The position numbers and the translations under genes are program-made. Positions 1 through 12,572 of a stretch of DNA of 64,000 bases are shown here, in pieces (position 1 is the stretch's first letter; every line of letters begins with the position of its first letter). The notes below the pieces were generated by a model, which saw only the letters and a program-made list of their open reading frames with translations, made no database searches and was not told where the DNA came from. This DNA is from Moniliella sp. 'wahieum' (Eukaryota), in NCBI GenBank assembly GCA_003971905.1, contig RSEE01000120.1, positions 62,001-126,000 of the forward strand, in the 5' to 3' direction.

Positions 1-1253
1 GATTCTGGTACGTGCCCTTGCTTCGTTTACCCCCACGCCTTTTTTAAAACGCCTCTGATTATTCGTCTCTAGGTTCCCGACGGTGCCAAGGAAGTCAAGG
101 TAAACAGTACCATTGCCATAATTGGTGAGCAAGGGGATGATATCAGTGCGCAGATGCCATCGCTGCCGATGAGTCGCTTAAAGAGACCGCCGACGGGGTC
201 CAGGCTGCCCTGCCCCTGCTCCTGCTCCTGCCACCGCTCCGCCCCCCCTCCTGAAGCCACCAAGTCCACATCTCCTTCCTCAGATCCCAAGCCTGTGCCT
301 AGCTCTTCTCCTTCTCATCTTCTACACCACCTCTAGCTCGCGTATTTTCGCCTCTCCTCTTGCGCGTAAAATCGCCCAGGAGAAGGGTGTGCCCTTGGGG
401 CAACTCAAAGGCACAGGTCCTAATGGACGTATCATCGAGGCGGATGTAGAAGCGTACAAGCCCGTCTCAGTCCTTCTGTGCCTCCGAAGCCAAAGAGTGG
501 GGCCCTCTCCCTTCCCTTGATGGACCCGCTGCTGCTACATTACTGATCTTCCTGTCTCCAACATGCGGCGGACCATTGCTGCCCGTCTCTCGGAGAGCAA
601 GCAGCAACTGCCACATTACTATGTGTCGATTGACGTGGAGATGGATCGGGTGCTGCGGCTCCGGGAATTGTTTAACGCAGCATCGGCCGAGCAGGCTCGG
701 GGAGACAAGGACAAGATCAAGGCCGCAAAGTTGTCGGTTGGGGACTTTATTACCAAGCCACCTCAGTCGCGTTGCAGCAGTGCCGAGGTGAATGCGGCAT
801 GGTATGGCGATACTATCCGTCAGCATCACGTGGCTGATATCTCGATCGCTGTCGCCACACCCACTGGCCTGATTACGCCCATTATCCACAATGTGGGTGC
901 TAAGGGTCTCGCAGTCATTTCGTCCAGCACGAAGGAGCTGGCTGCTAAAGCTCGGGCGGGTAAGTTGGCCCCCTCGGAGTACCAGGGTGGCACGTTTACC
1001 ATCTCCAATATGGGAATGTTTGGCATCTCTCATTTTACTGCCATCATCAACCCGCCCCAGAGCGCAATCCTGGCTATTGGTGGGACTGACCAGCGTTTGG
1101 TGCCGGACCCTTCGTCGGAAAGGGCTTCAAGACGGTGCCGGTTATGCAGGCGACGTTGTCGTCAGACCATCGGTGATTGATGGCGCAACGGCAGCACGCT
1201 GGATGAAGGCGTTCAAGGATACATTGGAGAATCCGTTGTCGTTGATGCTTTGA
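1..1253 (+). CDS. LAT1: Pyruvate dehydrogenase E2 (dihydrolipoamide acetyltransferase), 5' end lies before the window; frameshifted
   Basis: Lipoyl-domain tail (VPDGAKEVKVNSTIAIIGEQGDD after intron 8..72), E3-binding motif (RIFASPLARKIAQEKG..KGTGPNGRIIEADV) and catalytic domain (MRRTIAARLSESKQQLPHYY; YQGGTFTISNMGMFGISHFTAIINPPQSAILAIG; DHRVIDGA across a frameshift; ends LENPLSLML*). Confidence 0.95.
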
Positions 1254-1538
1254 TTGGTGTCACTACCCTGCCACGGTACTTGTTTTTGTTTCGATCCTCT
1301 CGCTGGCTGGATCATGTGCCTGGACCGTCATCTCATTTTTAGTTTGCTCTTTACGATCCTCACGACGCTCTTCACGACACACTATTACCTCCATCTCCTT
1401 CACGTTACCCACAGTACCTCCATCTCTCAATATCTATCTTGCCTACCACTACGTTCTCTTTCTGCCCTCAGAATAATTCGCGCATAACGGCATAGATTCG
1501 CCATAGAAGAACAATGGCTGCCACGTGACAGCACCTGA

Positions 1539-1669
1539 TTACTTGGAGCGGGCACGCATCTTTCTGCGTTTACGGCGGAGACGGCGCATGCGTTTCTTCC
1601 TCCACTTTGCGCGCACTGGCAGACGAGGGGTTATGCAACTGCATGGACACAAAGGGATGAAACCATACT
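1539..1669 (-). CDS. RPL41: 60S ribosomal protein L41 (eL41), 25 aa; start codon split by a 53-nt intron (1616..1668)
   Basis: A(1669) + TG CGC GCA AAG... gives MRAKWRKKRMRRLRRKRRKMRARSK*, the canonical eL41 peptide. Intron reads GTATGG...GCATAAC...CAG on the minus strand. Confidence 0.92.
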
Positions 1670-1739
1670 TGTCGACAGGTCGTAGTATGCGCACGGGTGG
1701 TGGTGGGGGGAAGGGCAGCGCCGCCCTACGTTCCGTCCC

Positions 1740-1748
1740 TATATATAG
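1740..1748 (-). promoter_or_regulatory. TATA box of RPL41
   Basis: TATATATA about 70 bp upstream of the RPL41 start, in an otherwise GC-rich promoter. Confidence 0.55.
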
Positions 1749-2078
1749 CTCCAGCAAGCCCTGTCCGGGGGCTGGTCTGTGCCACCGACAGTGACGTCGT
1801 CAATCCGTTCGAACCACTCAGCCATGTTTCAATTTCACAGCACCAGGCCTCCCATAGCGCCTGGGGTTGTGGTTGGTGGCGGCTGCAGTGTCTGCTGTGG
1901 TCCATGCGTCCACCGTCACGCGTCACACACCTCATCATGCATATTTGCGTGGGGCAGCTTACGCGAGCGCAGGGCTAATTGTGTGGGGTTGTGCCCCAGA
2001 TGACTTATGGGCGTGAGGTGCTTCAGCCTCGCTTCCCCGCCGTGGGCCCTTCCTCCTTCGCCCCTCACCACCTTTACC

Positions 2079-2600
2079 ATGAAGCTGAAGACTCCTACAA
2101 CTGATTCGAACCCCCCTACGTCTGCGCCTGCTGCCGGCCCTGCTCAGGCCCCGCCCCCCCGCCCCTCACCCGTGCGCCCGGCCCGCCTCCTCCGCCCCCT
2201 GCTGCGCCTGTGCGCCCCTCGTTCCTGGTCGCGCCGTCAAAGTCGCTGGGTTTGGCGCTGCCATTGCCGGCGGCGCAATTGCGGCATCTTTGGTGTGAAC
2301 CAGTGGAACTCGGTAAGTGCCCCCCTCCCTCCTCTCCGCGATCAAGATGCTGACTGGTTCGACTTGCGGCGTGTGTGTTTGGGTGTAGGGGGGAAACAAC
2401 AAGACCGATGCCGATCGAATCCGCGAGACAGAGGAGGCGTAAACAAGTTACTACGCGAGTCCCAGGCACAAGCAGAGGCAGAAGCAGCGAAGGCGAGGGC
2501 AGCGAAGGACCAGGCGGTGCAGCAAGCCGAGGCAGCTTTTGCCTCGGTTGATCCGCAGGAGCCCAAGAAAGGCGGAAGCTGGCTCCCGTGGAAGCGTTAA
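2079..2600 (+). CDS. Small hypothetical single-pass membrane protein (2 exons, frameshifted)
   Basis: ATG at 2079, Pro/Ala-rich N-terminus, hydrophobic stretch (VAGFGAAIAGGAIA.IFGV), clean intron 2313..2388 (GTAAGT..GCTGAC..TAG), Ala/Gln-rich helical C-terminus ending KKGGSWLPWKR*. No family recognised. Confidence 0.55.
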   Translation: MKLKTPTTDSNPPTSAPAAGPAQAPPPRPSPVRPARLLRPLLRLCAPRSWSRRQSRWVWRCHCRRRNCGIFGVNQWNSVSAPLPPLRDQDADWFDLRRVCLGVGGKQQDRCRSNPRDRGGVNKLLRESQAQAEAEAAKARAAKDQAVQQAEAAFASVDPQEPKKGGSWLPWKR

Positions 2601-2790
2601 AGATTTGTCGCTGTTCAACGATCATCCCTCTCCTGGGAATATTAGCTGGCCTCTCCTTTCAGGCCCTGGCACTCCACTGTTTCCCCTCCAGCCACTTTCT
2701 CTTTTTTGGCGTACTCCCTTATCTGGCCCCTTGAGCTGTCACATAACCTGCTCCATCCGTTCCATCGTCCACTACCTTCTCGGTTACACT

Positions 2791-2835
2791 GGCTTCACTG
2801 GCTCCACTGGCTCCACAGGCTCCACAGGCTCCACT
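2791..2835. repeat. 9-bp microsatellite (GGCTCCACW)x5
   Basis: ggcttcact ggctccact ggctccaca ggctccaca ggctccact read directly. Confidence 0.85.
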
Positions 2836-3065
2836 TGGGAGCCAAGCGTATCCCCCATCCATTTTTATTGACCAACTACAGGGGTAAAAGTGTGTATTGA
2901 TACCATAGTTCTGTCGGTTTGGAAGTTCCAACACCCCACGTAAGGCCCTGCTAGGTTGATGCATACAACACCACCTATTTAGAGAAAATGGAGGAGAGTG
3001 TACATTAAAGCATTGGGAGGGGGGGGGGGGATGGTGAAAGAGGCATGGCGGGATTAGGGGCCGAT

Positions 3066-4087
<1,022 letters not shown>

Positions 4088-5456
4088 CGTGAAGTCTCTG
4101 CAGTTCAGGCTGGAAAGAGGGTGGACGGGCAGAGAAAAGAGGCCCGGCAGCCATCTCCCGCCCAGTCCACAAAATTTCCTCTGGGGGAGGCTTTTGCACC
4201 GATCGTGCCCGTGTTTCAATGCACGAAGCTGGTACCTGTTTCTGGTGGCAATTTCACCTTCAATTTTATCTGCCGTTGCGCGTTGGCAGCCTACCAGGCG
4301 GGTCGGCGTCATTCATATTCACCATCCATCCATCGCCCCTCAGCGCCTCAGCCCATTACCATTAGCCGGGTTGGCGCCTGCTAACGCAGCCCGCCTTCTG
4401 AATAGGGCATATTGATGAGACCTGGAGTCCGGATGGTCCTCGAGGGTGATGCAATCGCACTGATGGTGGTAGTGGTCTAAGCCAACCAGCAACGCCTACT
4501 GAGGAACATCAAGCAGCGAGTCGCCACCAGGGGCTAAGCTGCGGAACAAGGAAAAACAGGAGAGAAAAACAACAGAACTCCTAGGCCTGAGGAGGAACTG
4601 AAGGGACATTGGCCAAAGCACGAGCCACCCGGTGGCTCAACACATATCAGCACGCCTAGTATCCAGGCTACACAAGTGCTAAGCGCTTAGGCACGTTCCG
4701 CCACCTCCGCCATCCCTGTGCGGGTCATTTCAGTTGTGAGTACAACACTAGTACCAACCCCGGTTACCTATTGCTATCGCTGTCCAACCAGCAAGCGATA
4801 CTCTATGATCATCGAAATCATCCACGAATGCAATACTGGACAGGTCATCATCCCAACCTGAGCACAACGGACATGCATATGCCTGCCTTCCACCTTGGCA
4901 AATACATGCGAATCCATATTCGCTCCTTGGGGATTCACATGGAACGAGTTAAGAAAATCGCAGTACATCCACACATACAACGGGAAACGGAGGGAAGAGA
5001 TGGAGAGGGCAATCATAACAACATGGTGCCCGGGAAACGCACTGGGGCGAGAGGCATGATGATGGAAAAAAGGGAAGTTGATGATGAAAAAGAAAAAGTA
5101 TGAACAATGCCCACAGTACGAGAACCGCGACCGAGGAGTCGGCGCTACGCAGGATAAGATCCAGCACTGGAAACAAAAGGGAAATGCCTGGAAGGTGTAC
5201 GATGATACAGGACAGATGATAGGCCGATGACATGGATGGAAAGACGAGAGGAGAGACAGAGGTCAACCGGTGGGGGTATGATAGCACCACCTAAGAGAGA
5301 AGGAAGTAGTCATATAAGAATGAAAACTAGAAGCGCTGTGGGCCACGAGACTTGTGGCCGGGGTATAGTACAGGCGAATGGCGTGGGCTGGCGTCGGAAG
5401 GGGAAAAAGAGGACAAACCTCTCCAACCGCATGCATGCCTGGACGAGTGGTTAAGA

Positions 5457-6713
5457 TTAGACCCAACCAAGATCTTGCCGAACCTGGGTCATCTCAAGAA
5501 TATGCCTTCCTTCCTTGTACCGCTGTTCTGGCTTGTCAGCGTGGACGTAAGACCAGCCAAGCCGCTCGCCACACAAGAAGCAGTACATGTCCGCCACAAA
5601 CATGGGCACCCGTAGTAAGCATGCGGGTCTGGTGCGATCCCAACACAGTGTTACTGGTTGAATTTACCAAGTAGGCTGCTGAGCTGGTTCCTGTGAACTG
5701 AGTAGAGACCAGCTCATCTGGAAGGCTCACCGCAATCCCACACGAGCCGCACCGCCACACCGCCTCCCCAACAGGGTACACGTCCATGATCATCCTGGTT
5801 GACGGAGACGCAGGATGCAGGCAACGGTCAAACAGCGTCTTGTTTTGTCGCCTCTGTTCCTCCGACCGGTCTTCGCCATTGGACTCCCACTGAGGAAAAA
5901 ACGGGTTGAGGGTCCCAAGCTAGGCTAATAGCTCCTTAAAGTACGATCCTTGTGGCGAGGAGCCGCGACTCTGGGTCTCTGTGTGGCATGGTGGGCCATT
6001 CTCTCTTCAGTGACGTGCATGCCTCTTGCAGGGCAAGCAGCACACTTCTCGGCGCTTGGTGTGTGCCCCCCGTTGGGTCAAGATGATCGGTACGCACTCG
6101 ATCTTGCCATCCTCGTGTCGTAGTTACAGAGATCGCAGCCTCGGCGCGAGCGCTAGGTGACGGGCTGGTAACGGGGGGTGAACAAGTGTACCGGAGCGGG
6201 GCCTGCAGGGGTAAGGTGGGAAAATGTCGGAGGGGGACTGATTGCAGGAAGTGCTGGATTGGCAGGGCCAGACAAAGATGGAAGAGGGGGCTTGAACGTT
6301 TCCTTGGAGGAGGTAGTGGTACGTCGCTCCTTCCTCTAGCTATGCTGGAGGGGAATGCATGCTCAAGCAGGGCATCCTCTGCGGTACGGGGAGGTGCGAA
6401 TCCAACTCTCCCGACCATCTCTGGACCGGACTAGCTGGAGAGAATGAGCAAGAAAAACTCAGGTCAGGCGGGAAGACAGCCCTGCCGACGGACAAGCTGG
6501 GTTGGGATCGGGATCGAGGTAGGGGGGTAGCATGGGGCGCTTGCCAGCGGCCCTGCTGGACGGGTGCAATCGATGGCGAGGTGTGGCAACATCGACGGGC
6601 TCTGTAGCCGACATGGTGCTAGGGCCACGGGTTGTGAGGCGAGGGCGGTGGCGTGGCGTAGAGGAAGGCAGGGCTGTAGGTCGCATGCTGATAAGGCGCA
6701 ACGGAACTGACAC
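5457..6713 (-). CDS. Yippee/Mis18-family zinc-binding protein with a long low-complexity N-terminus (5' end uncertain)
   Basis: VWRCGSCGIAVSLPDELVSTQFTG..AAYLV..RMLTTGAHV|VADMYCFLCGERLGWSYVHADKPEQRYKEGRHILE..GWV* (one +1 indel near 5600) has both CxxC pairs and the QRYKEGK/R motif of Yippee proteins. Probable acceptor TTTTTTCCTCAG near 5891; upstream exons are inferred from ORFs 5936..6713. Confidence 0.8.
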
Positions 6714-7398
6714 ATACGTCGCTCAATCAGCGGGCCAGCAGGAGGTGTGGGTGCTGAGGGGACTGGATCTGAGAGCTCGCAGACAGATGGGAGATGGCGC
6801 GTGAGCACACGAGCGGCGGGGCTGCGATGCTCAGACCGCTGTGGCATTCACTCGGACCGAGGTGTAACTCTGTGAATGGCAGGCCGGGGGGATGAGGCGG
6901 TGGGTTGAGTGGAAGATGGGTGTCGTGCTAGATCCAACGTCGAGCCACGCAGAGATAGGAGGTTACGCGGTACGGGAGCCAGCAAGCGACTGTGGCAAAC
7001 GGCGTATAGGGGGGGCCTAGTTCAAGGATACTGCACCAAAAAAGCCTCTGAGGCCCGAGGCACACACTGGCACAGACCAGCTCATCCACTGGTCAATGAT
7101 CGATATTGGTGGGTTTTGGTGGCCTGAGTACTCGGACTGAAGATGAGTGGCGCTCAGAGCGTCACAGTCACTAGCTAGCTATTCACTCCGGTCACATGAC
7201 CTGCCAAAATTGCAACACGCAAGATCAATCGGTCAAATTTCAAAGGCCAAATTGATACTCGATAGTCGCTAGTCGATAGGACGTGATAAATTGAAATGCA
7301 TATCGCTGGACAACAGGTGTCCACCACGCCTGCATGGCGGGCGGGCTTGTCCTCCGCTACTGGCCAACCTCGTCTGTCGCCGTCGTTGGTGCAGTGGC

Positions 7399-9150
7399 AT
7401 AGATTCATCCGTCGTGCGTCCTTGGCTGCGATCGATCATCGGCCTTATGCGCGGGAGACCACTTTTTACCCAAGTCGATGCCGTCTTGCAGCAGCAGCGC
7501 GGCCTGCGTGTCGCGACAGATGTGCGCACCCTCGACGATGTCGCTCTGCCCTATCATCAGCCTCTCCGGCACGCTGCCAGTCACCTTTCGTGGTTCGCAG
7601 TACAACATTCCTCCTCTGTTGTCTGGGTCCCACATTCTTACCGTGTGAGCCACCGTTTGGTCTATGCCGAACCCACGCGCGGCATAGCCGTGCGCCGGGA
7701 CATCTCTTGTACAGCTTGATGGTCGTGTTGGGTTCGGGCAGGTCAAAGACGGACCGGGCTCGTATCTTGCGCGGTGGGAACGCAAGTGGGAAGCCAGCAA
7801 CTTAATTGATCTAATGGCCGACTTACAAGAGTGCTTGGTGCTGACCTGCCTGCATATGCGGTACCGGCTATAAGGAACCCGTGGCCTCCATTGCCGTTTC
7901 GCCTGTACCAGCCCGGCCGCTCCTGTGTCCCTGCTCACACACAATCTTACTTGCCCCCTCAGGTTCAGGTTCTGGCTCGATTCCATCTCGCCCATCCCCA
8001 TCCTTCAGAAAACACTCATTACAAGCCCCCATCGTCGCCAGCTCCTCCAGCAGCGGGGCAAGCGCTCTGGCGCCTCCCATGCCGCCTCCCAAACCCCTGG
8101 GGCAACGACAGTCGCTGCTCATTTAACGGGGGGCAACCTGGAAACGGGTATGGTTCACAGCCCTCACTGGTGTTTACGCCATCCCTCTGCACTCACCCTC
8201 CCGCCAAGCGACGTGTGTATGCGCCGAGCTATGCCCGTCTGGCTCTCAGCTACCATCATCCCTCCCCGACGGGCAGGCACATCCTGCCGGGTGGGTGCAA
8301 CCCCCTCTCCACTCTAACAGCCTGCCCAATCCCCCTCGGGCACAGTACCTGCCAGGATTAATACAGGACGGTTCTCTAGCTCACCACGCTGTCGCCTCCG
8401 GCTCTCCCGCCAACACCGCTACCAGTCAAGGCGTTGCATCCCCCCATACACACTTTCTCTTCTCATGTTCCGATGCCTCCCACTGGGGTGGGGGTTCCCC
8501 CCCCCTTGTCTGAACCACATGATATTATGGACGAGGAGGAACAACCTGTGGTGCCCAAACAGGCACCTGTGCGGCCGCCTAACCCGGAGCTGCTGAGGTT
8601 GCACCATCAACTGCATGCTCGTGTGGCCGATCGGGTCGGCGCCATTTTCCGCTCATTGGACGAGGAAGCGCAGGGCATGAGCGATGATCTGAATTGTGGC
8701 CAGATGGCCATATCGGATGAATCGCATCGGCTTGAGGTGGTACGGGATGTGTGCCGGTCACATGCGGAGCGCTTGACCTCACACAACGAGTCTGCCGCTC
8801 AGACCTTGGAGACGGTTCAAGCGAGAATTGTGGAGCGACTTGAAGGCTCCGAGGCTGGTGACGACTGGATTATGGCCACCAGCATCCCGGGCCAGCAGTG
8901 CGTCTGCTCCTTCGCTTGTTGTGGCCCAGCCAGATACGAACTTTTCGCCCTCTTGCCCTCTTGCAGGTTGATTGATTTGGTGGCCGAGAGCAATGCGATT
9001 GAAGACACCATGCACCAGCTTTCACGGGCGTTCAATGCGGAGACGATCACCCTGGATCCCTTTCTTAAGAATATGCGCATGCTTGCCCGGAACCAGTTCC
9101 TCAAACGTGCATTGGCGATGCCGATTGCTAACCAAGTGCCATTGTCTTGA
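7399..9150 (+). CDS. VPS23: ESCRT-I subunit Vps23/Stp22/TSG101, frameshifted
   Basis: UEV domain pieces (DSSVVRPWLRSII; TLDD.RSAL..LSGTLPVTFRGSQYNIP; WVPHSY..EPP), Pro-rich linker, coiled coil and Vps23 core (LIDLVAESNAIEDTMHQLSRAF..ITLDPFLKNMRMLARNQFLKRAL). Intron 8898..8966. The start reads ATAGAT, probably an error for ATGGAT. Confidence 0.88.
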
Positions 9151-9394
9151 AAATGTGAGCGAGCGGGGCCAGTACAGTGTCTCTTGCCTATGATCTGTTT
9201 TATGGGAGCTCAGCGCACTGACTTTCTTCCCACTTACTATCTTCCACTTGGCATACCCAAAACCCAAGTAGGCCTTATAATGCGCCACGAAAGCACCTTC
9301 TCCTTACTGCAACAGTCTCAGGGAAGGAGGGTCTTACCCAACAAACAAGATGCCATCGGGGAAGGCTAATCAGATTGAGGAAAGGGCGCGCGGC

Positions 9395-10745
9395 TTACGA
9401 CTGATAGACCAGTTTGGCCAGCTCGGAGATGTGCCCACAACCCGACTTGCAGCATCCGCCCAACCAGATTGAATCAAACGGAACAGGACCTGAACGGGCG
9501 GTGAGGGCGGGATTGTGAACAACGGCGGTGAGCAGATTGCGAGCCCAGGCCTGTTCCTCACTGTGTCCATCCTCGTCGCCCGTGTGCGGGGCAGCAGATT
9601 TGTGTTCCCCCGTAGCATCACTGCGCCAGACACGGGCGATTCCATCCCACACCAGTCCACCGTCAGGATAGACAAACAAAGACGGGGCTCCCGAGGGCGT
9701 CGCCCATTGGGTCTCTCCTTGGGGATCCAGCGCTGCGACCAAGTCTCGTACAATGCTTTGGATAAAGTGGGGTTTGGTGCAGTTGACTCCAAGACCGACT
9801 AGGGGCCAGAAGAGGTAGCCGAGGGACGAAGGGCAGAAACCAGGTCCGATGCCGTGTGTTTGGGCCCCGCAGAGGGATATGGCAGAAACACATCTACGTC
9901 CCGATGGGCATGATGGTCTTCCTCTGTTCCTGAAATGCGGGAGGGAAGATTAGGGAAGACAAAGCTCAGAAGCGCAGGGGACGGTGAGTGATACCACGTT
10001 GGGTCAAGTGCTTGTCCAGTGCAGCTAGGACCTTAACGATCTCTTCTGCCTCGTCCAGACGAGGAATCGTTTCAAAGGCAATTAGCCCCACACGGGACCA
10101 AAGCTTCTCTTCGGCCGACAGGGCCAAGAGGCGGTCCAAATGAAACTTGTGCACGTCCAACAGGACTTGAGCCTCAACCTGTGGGTCACCAGCCTTACCA
10201 GCAGGTGCATAGTCGCCCGTATCTGCCACCAGCACGAAAATGAGAGAGGTCAGTACTCGGTGCGGATCGTCGACATCGATGCAGGGTCGCCGAATCAAAC
10301 GTACACTCTCGTCCCCCTTCAAGCATCGCACCGTAAGGGCCTAGAGACAACGCCACAATTGCATCAGGTTGACCCTCGGCACGCGCTGAGTCGGCAGCTT
10401 CGGCGGCGAGACGGATGGACTCGCGCATAAGGTGCTCGGCGCTGCTGGGAGGATACACGGGGTTGGGGGTTGGGAACGGGAAAAAGACGGGACCGAAGCC
10501 TGGTACGATGCCGTCTCTACAATGCGGCTACCCGACTTGATGAAGGCTGCGTGAGCGGCACGTACAGCGTCGTGGCCGTGCCACTTGCCCTGCTGGTGGT
10601 TAGGATCGAGCAGGGTGGCGCTCCACAAGGGTGAGGGCATTTCCAACCCGAGGTCGTCCTCCATGAAAGTGGCAAAGCCTCCGTCCAGGACGCCAACACG
10701 GGCCGGATTGAGACGCCCGGCAAACACATCCATATTGGCGGTCAT
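9395..10745 (-). CDS. Homocysteine S-methyltransferase (Sam4/Mht1 family), frameshifted
   Basis: VGVLDGGFAT..PLWSATLL..VRAAHAAFIKSGSRIVETASYQAS; VALSLGPYGAML; LIAFETIPRLDEAEEI; FVYPDGGLVWD; C-terminal Zn-binding GGCC motif (WLGGCCKSGCGHISEL). Confidence 0.9.
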
Positions 10746-12572
10746 TCTCGCTTCTTGAAGAGACTGGACGCAGAGGTTTGAAGCTTGAAGTTGGCAGGTG
10801 GTGGAGAAGAGATGTTCTTCCGCAAGACAGCTGCGTTAATCTTAACTTAACTACCCGTGGTCACGCGTCACGGCGCCACATGAATATCTCCGCCGGGAAT
10901 CAGCCGAAATGACGTATTGTAGCGTTGAAGGAAGTTCAGATGTTCAGACATTCGCGGTAGGAGCCTCAGGCACTGAGCCTGAATATATGGGCTGTGAGGC
11001 TCACCGGTCACCGGTCACCCTAGCTTACCAGTGAGGTCACCCGTCACCATCACTTGCGCCAAAATTCCATTCAATTCCGCTTTGCGGCTCAGCAACCATC
11101 GGGGAGAATAGCGCGATTGCATCATTCACTAACGACTTCACTACCTTCACTACTTTCATTAGTAGCTGCGTATATGGAGCCGACCATTCGAACCGTTTCC
11201 TCCTTCCTCCTCAGCATCAGCAAAAAGGACTTGCGGCAGAGGTGGCTACGTGGATGGACGTCTTGCAGGCCGGTGCGGTCTGAACGGCGTGCTGCACACA
11301 ACAATCCGATCATTGTAGCTCACTTTCATCTTCGCTTGGATCACTGGATCATCCAAACACATTTAGTAGGAAAGAGAAATGGAGGAGCTTCTTGTAGATT
11401 CCAGGGCAAGAGAAGGAAAATAAAAGGGATCTTGGCCACAGATTTGGGGCACCAACCAAAACCCGGAACCAACTAGGTGGTATCACCTTGAGACGTATCA
11501 GTTGTTTTGCTTGCGCGCCGCTTCGGAATGAATAGAGGACTTGTTAGCGCAATTGAACCATGCGATTGATCCAAAGTGGCCTTCCTGGTATATGTCCACC
11601 ACAATCTCATGTCCACCCTATTGCTGTCTGAGGAAGCAAGTGCTTCTGCCTCTCTCTTGTGGGAGGAACAAAGGCGCTTCGCAGTTGCCAGAGAATATTT
11701 GTCAACCGCTCAGGCAGTTCCGCCAGAGCCGTAGTACGGCCCTCGTACGCCTTCACACAACAAGACCACCCAAAGGAGCAGAAAGGATCCCAATGGCCTG
11801 TGCAATGGCCCAGCTCACAGTCAATATCCCGTTGCTATTGAAACAGAACTGAGGTCCAATTCTCTTGCAACTCTGCCTGCGGGATCAGGGAGATGGGTCG
11901 CGATCGATATCGTTTCCTGTCGCTTACAAAAGCCCCGGTCTCAAAGTGGCCTCTTAGATCTTAGGGCCCTCCGGTGATGATGCCAGTGACGTGTGCGGTG
12001 CAGACCCCGTCTCTGGAGCCGTGAGGCCAGCCGTCTTCCGCGGAGCGAAGATGGTACCGAGTTGAGCCGATCGACGTGCATACGCTTGGAGCGCGGGGCC
12101 AGGGCCAGGCGCGCGGTCGGGGCACGAGAGATGTGGCCAGAGACGACGAGAGGGGAGTAGAGGAGAGGTGCACTGCGTGGTGGAGGCGCGGTGAGGCCTG
12201 CGGTGAGGCCGGTGAGGGTGGACGATGGCCAGGAGGGCGTTTGCAATGTTTCTTGTCGCAGCGCGCCCAGAGGGGCAGCAGCGGGGCAGCCGACGAGCTC
12301 CTGCCGGCTGCCGCCCAGCAGCCGTCGCAGCGCGGCACGAGCACGGCAGAGGGGCAGTGTTCGCATGCCGGCATGCACGCAGCATCACGCATCATGCATC
12401 ATGCATCATGCGTCCGAGTGGGTTAGGTACGTTAGCCGCCCAGGCTGTGGTGGGGCGGCGCGCCCATCCAGCTCATCGCCATCGCCTTGCGCATCGCCTC
12501 CCGCATCGCGCCCCGTCGCCATCGCCATCGCCACCATCGCCACCATCCCCACCCATTGCCGGGGCCTCAGCC

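Noticed and set aside
4400..5450. Possible gene between HMT1 and the Yippee gene (ORFs 4771..5103, 4949..5290)
   Set aside because: Short ORFs on both strands with no recognisable motif or codon bias. It could be a 3' UTR or decayed sequence and cannot be supported.
11054..11950. Possible gene in the homocysteine methyltransferase / DUF726 divergent interval
   Set aside because: Only short interrupted ORFs with no family match that I can recognise.
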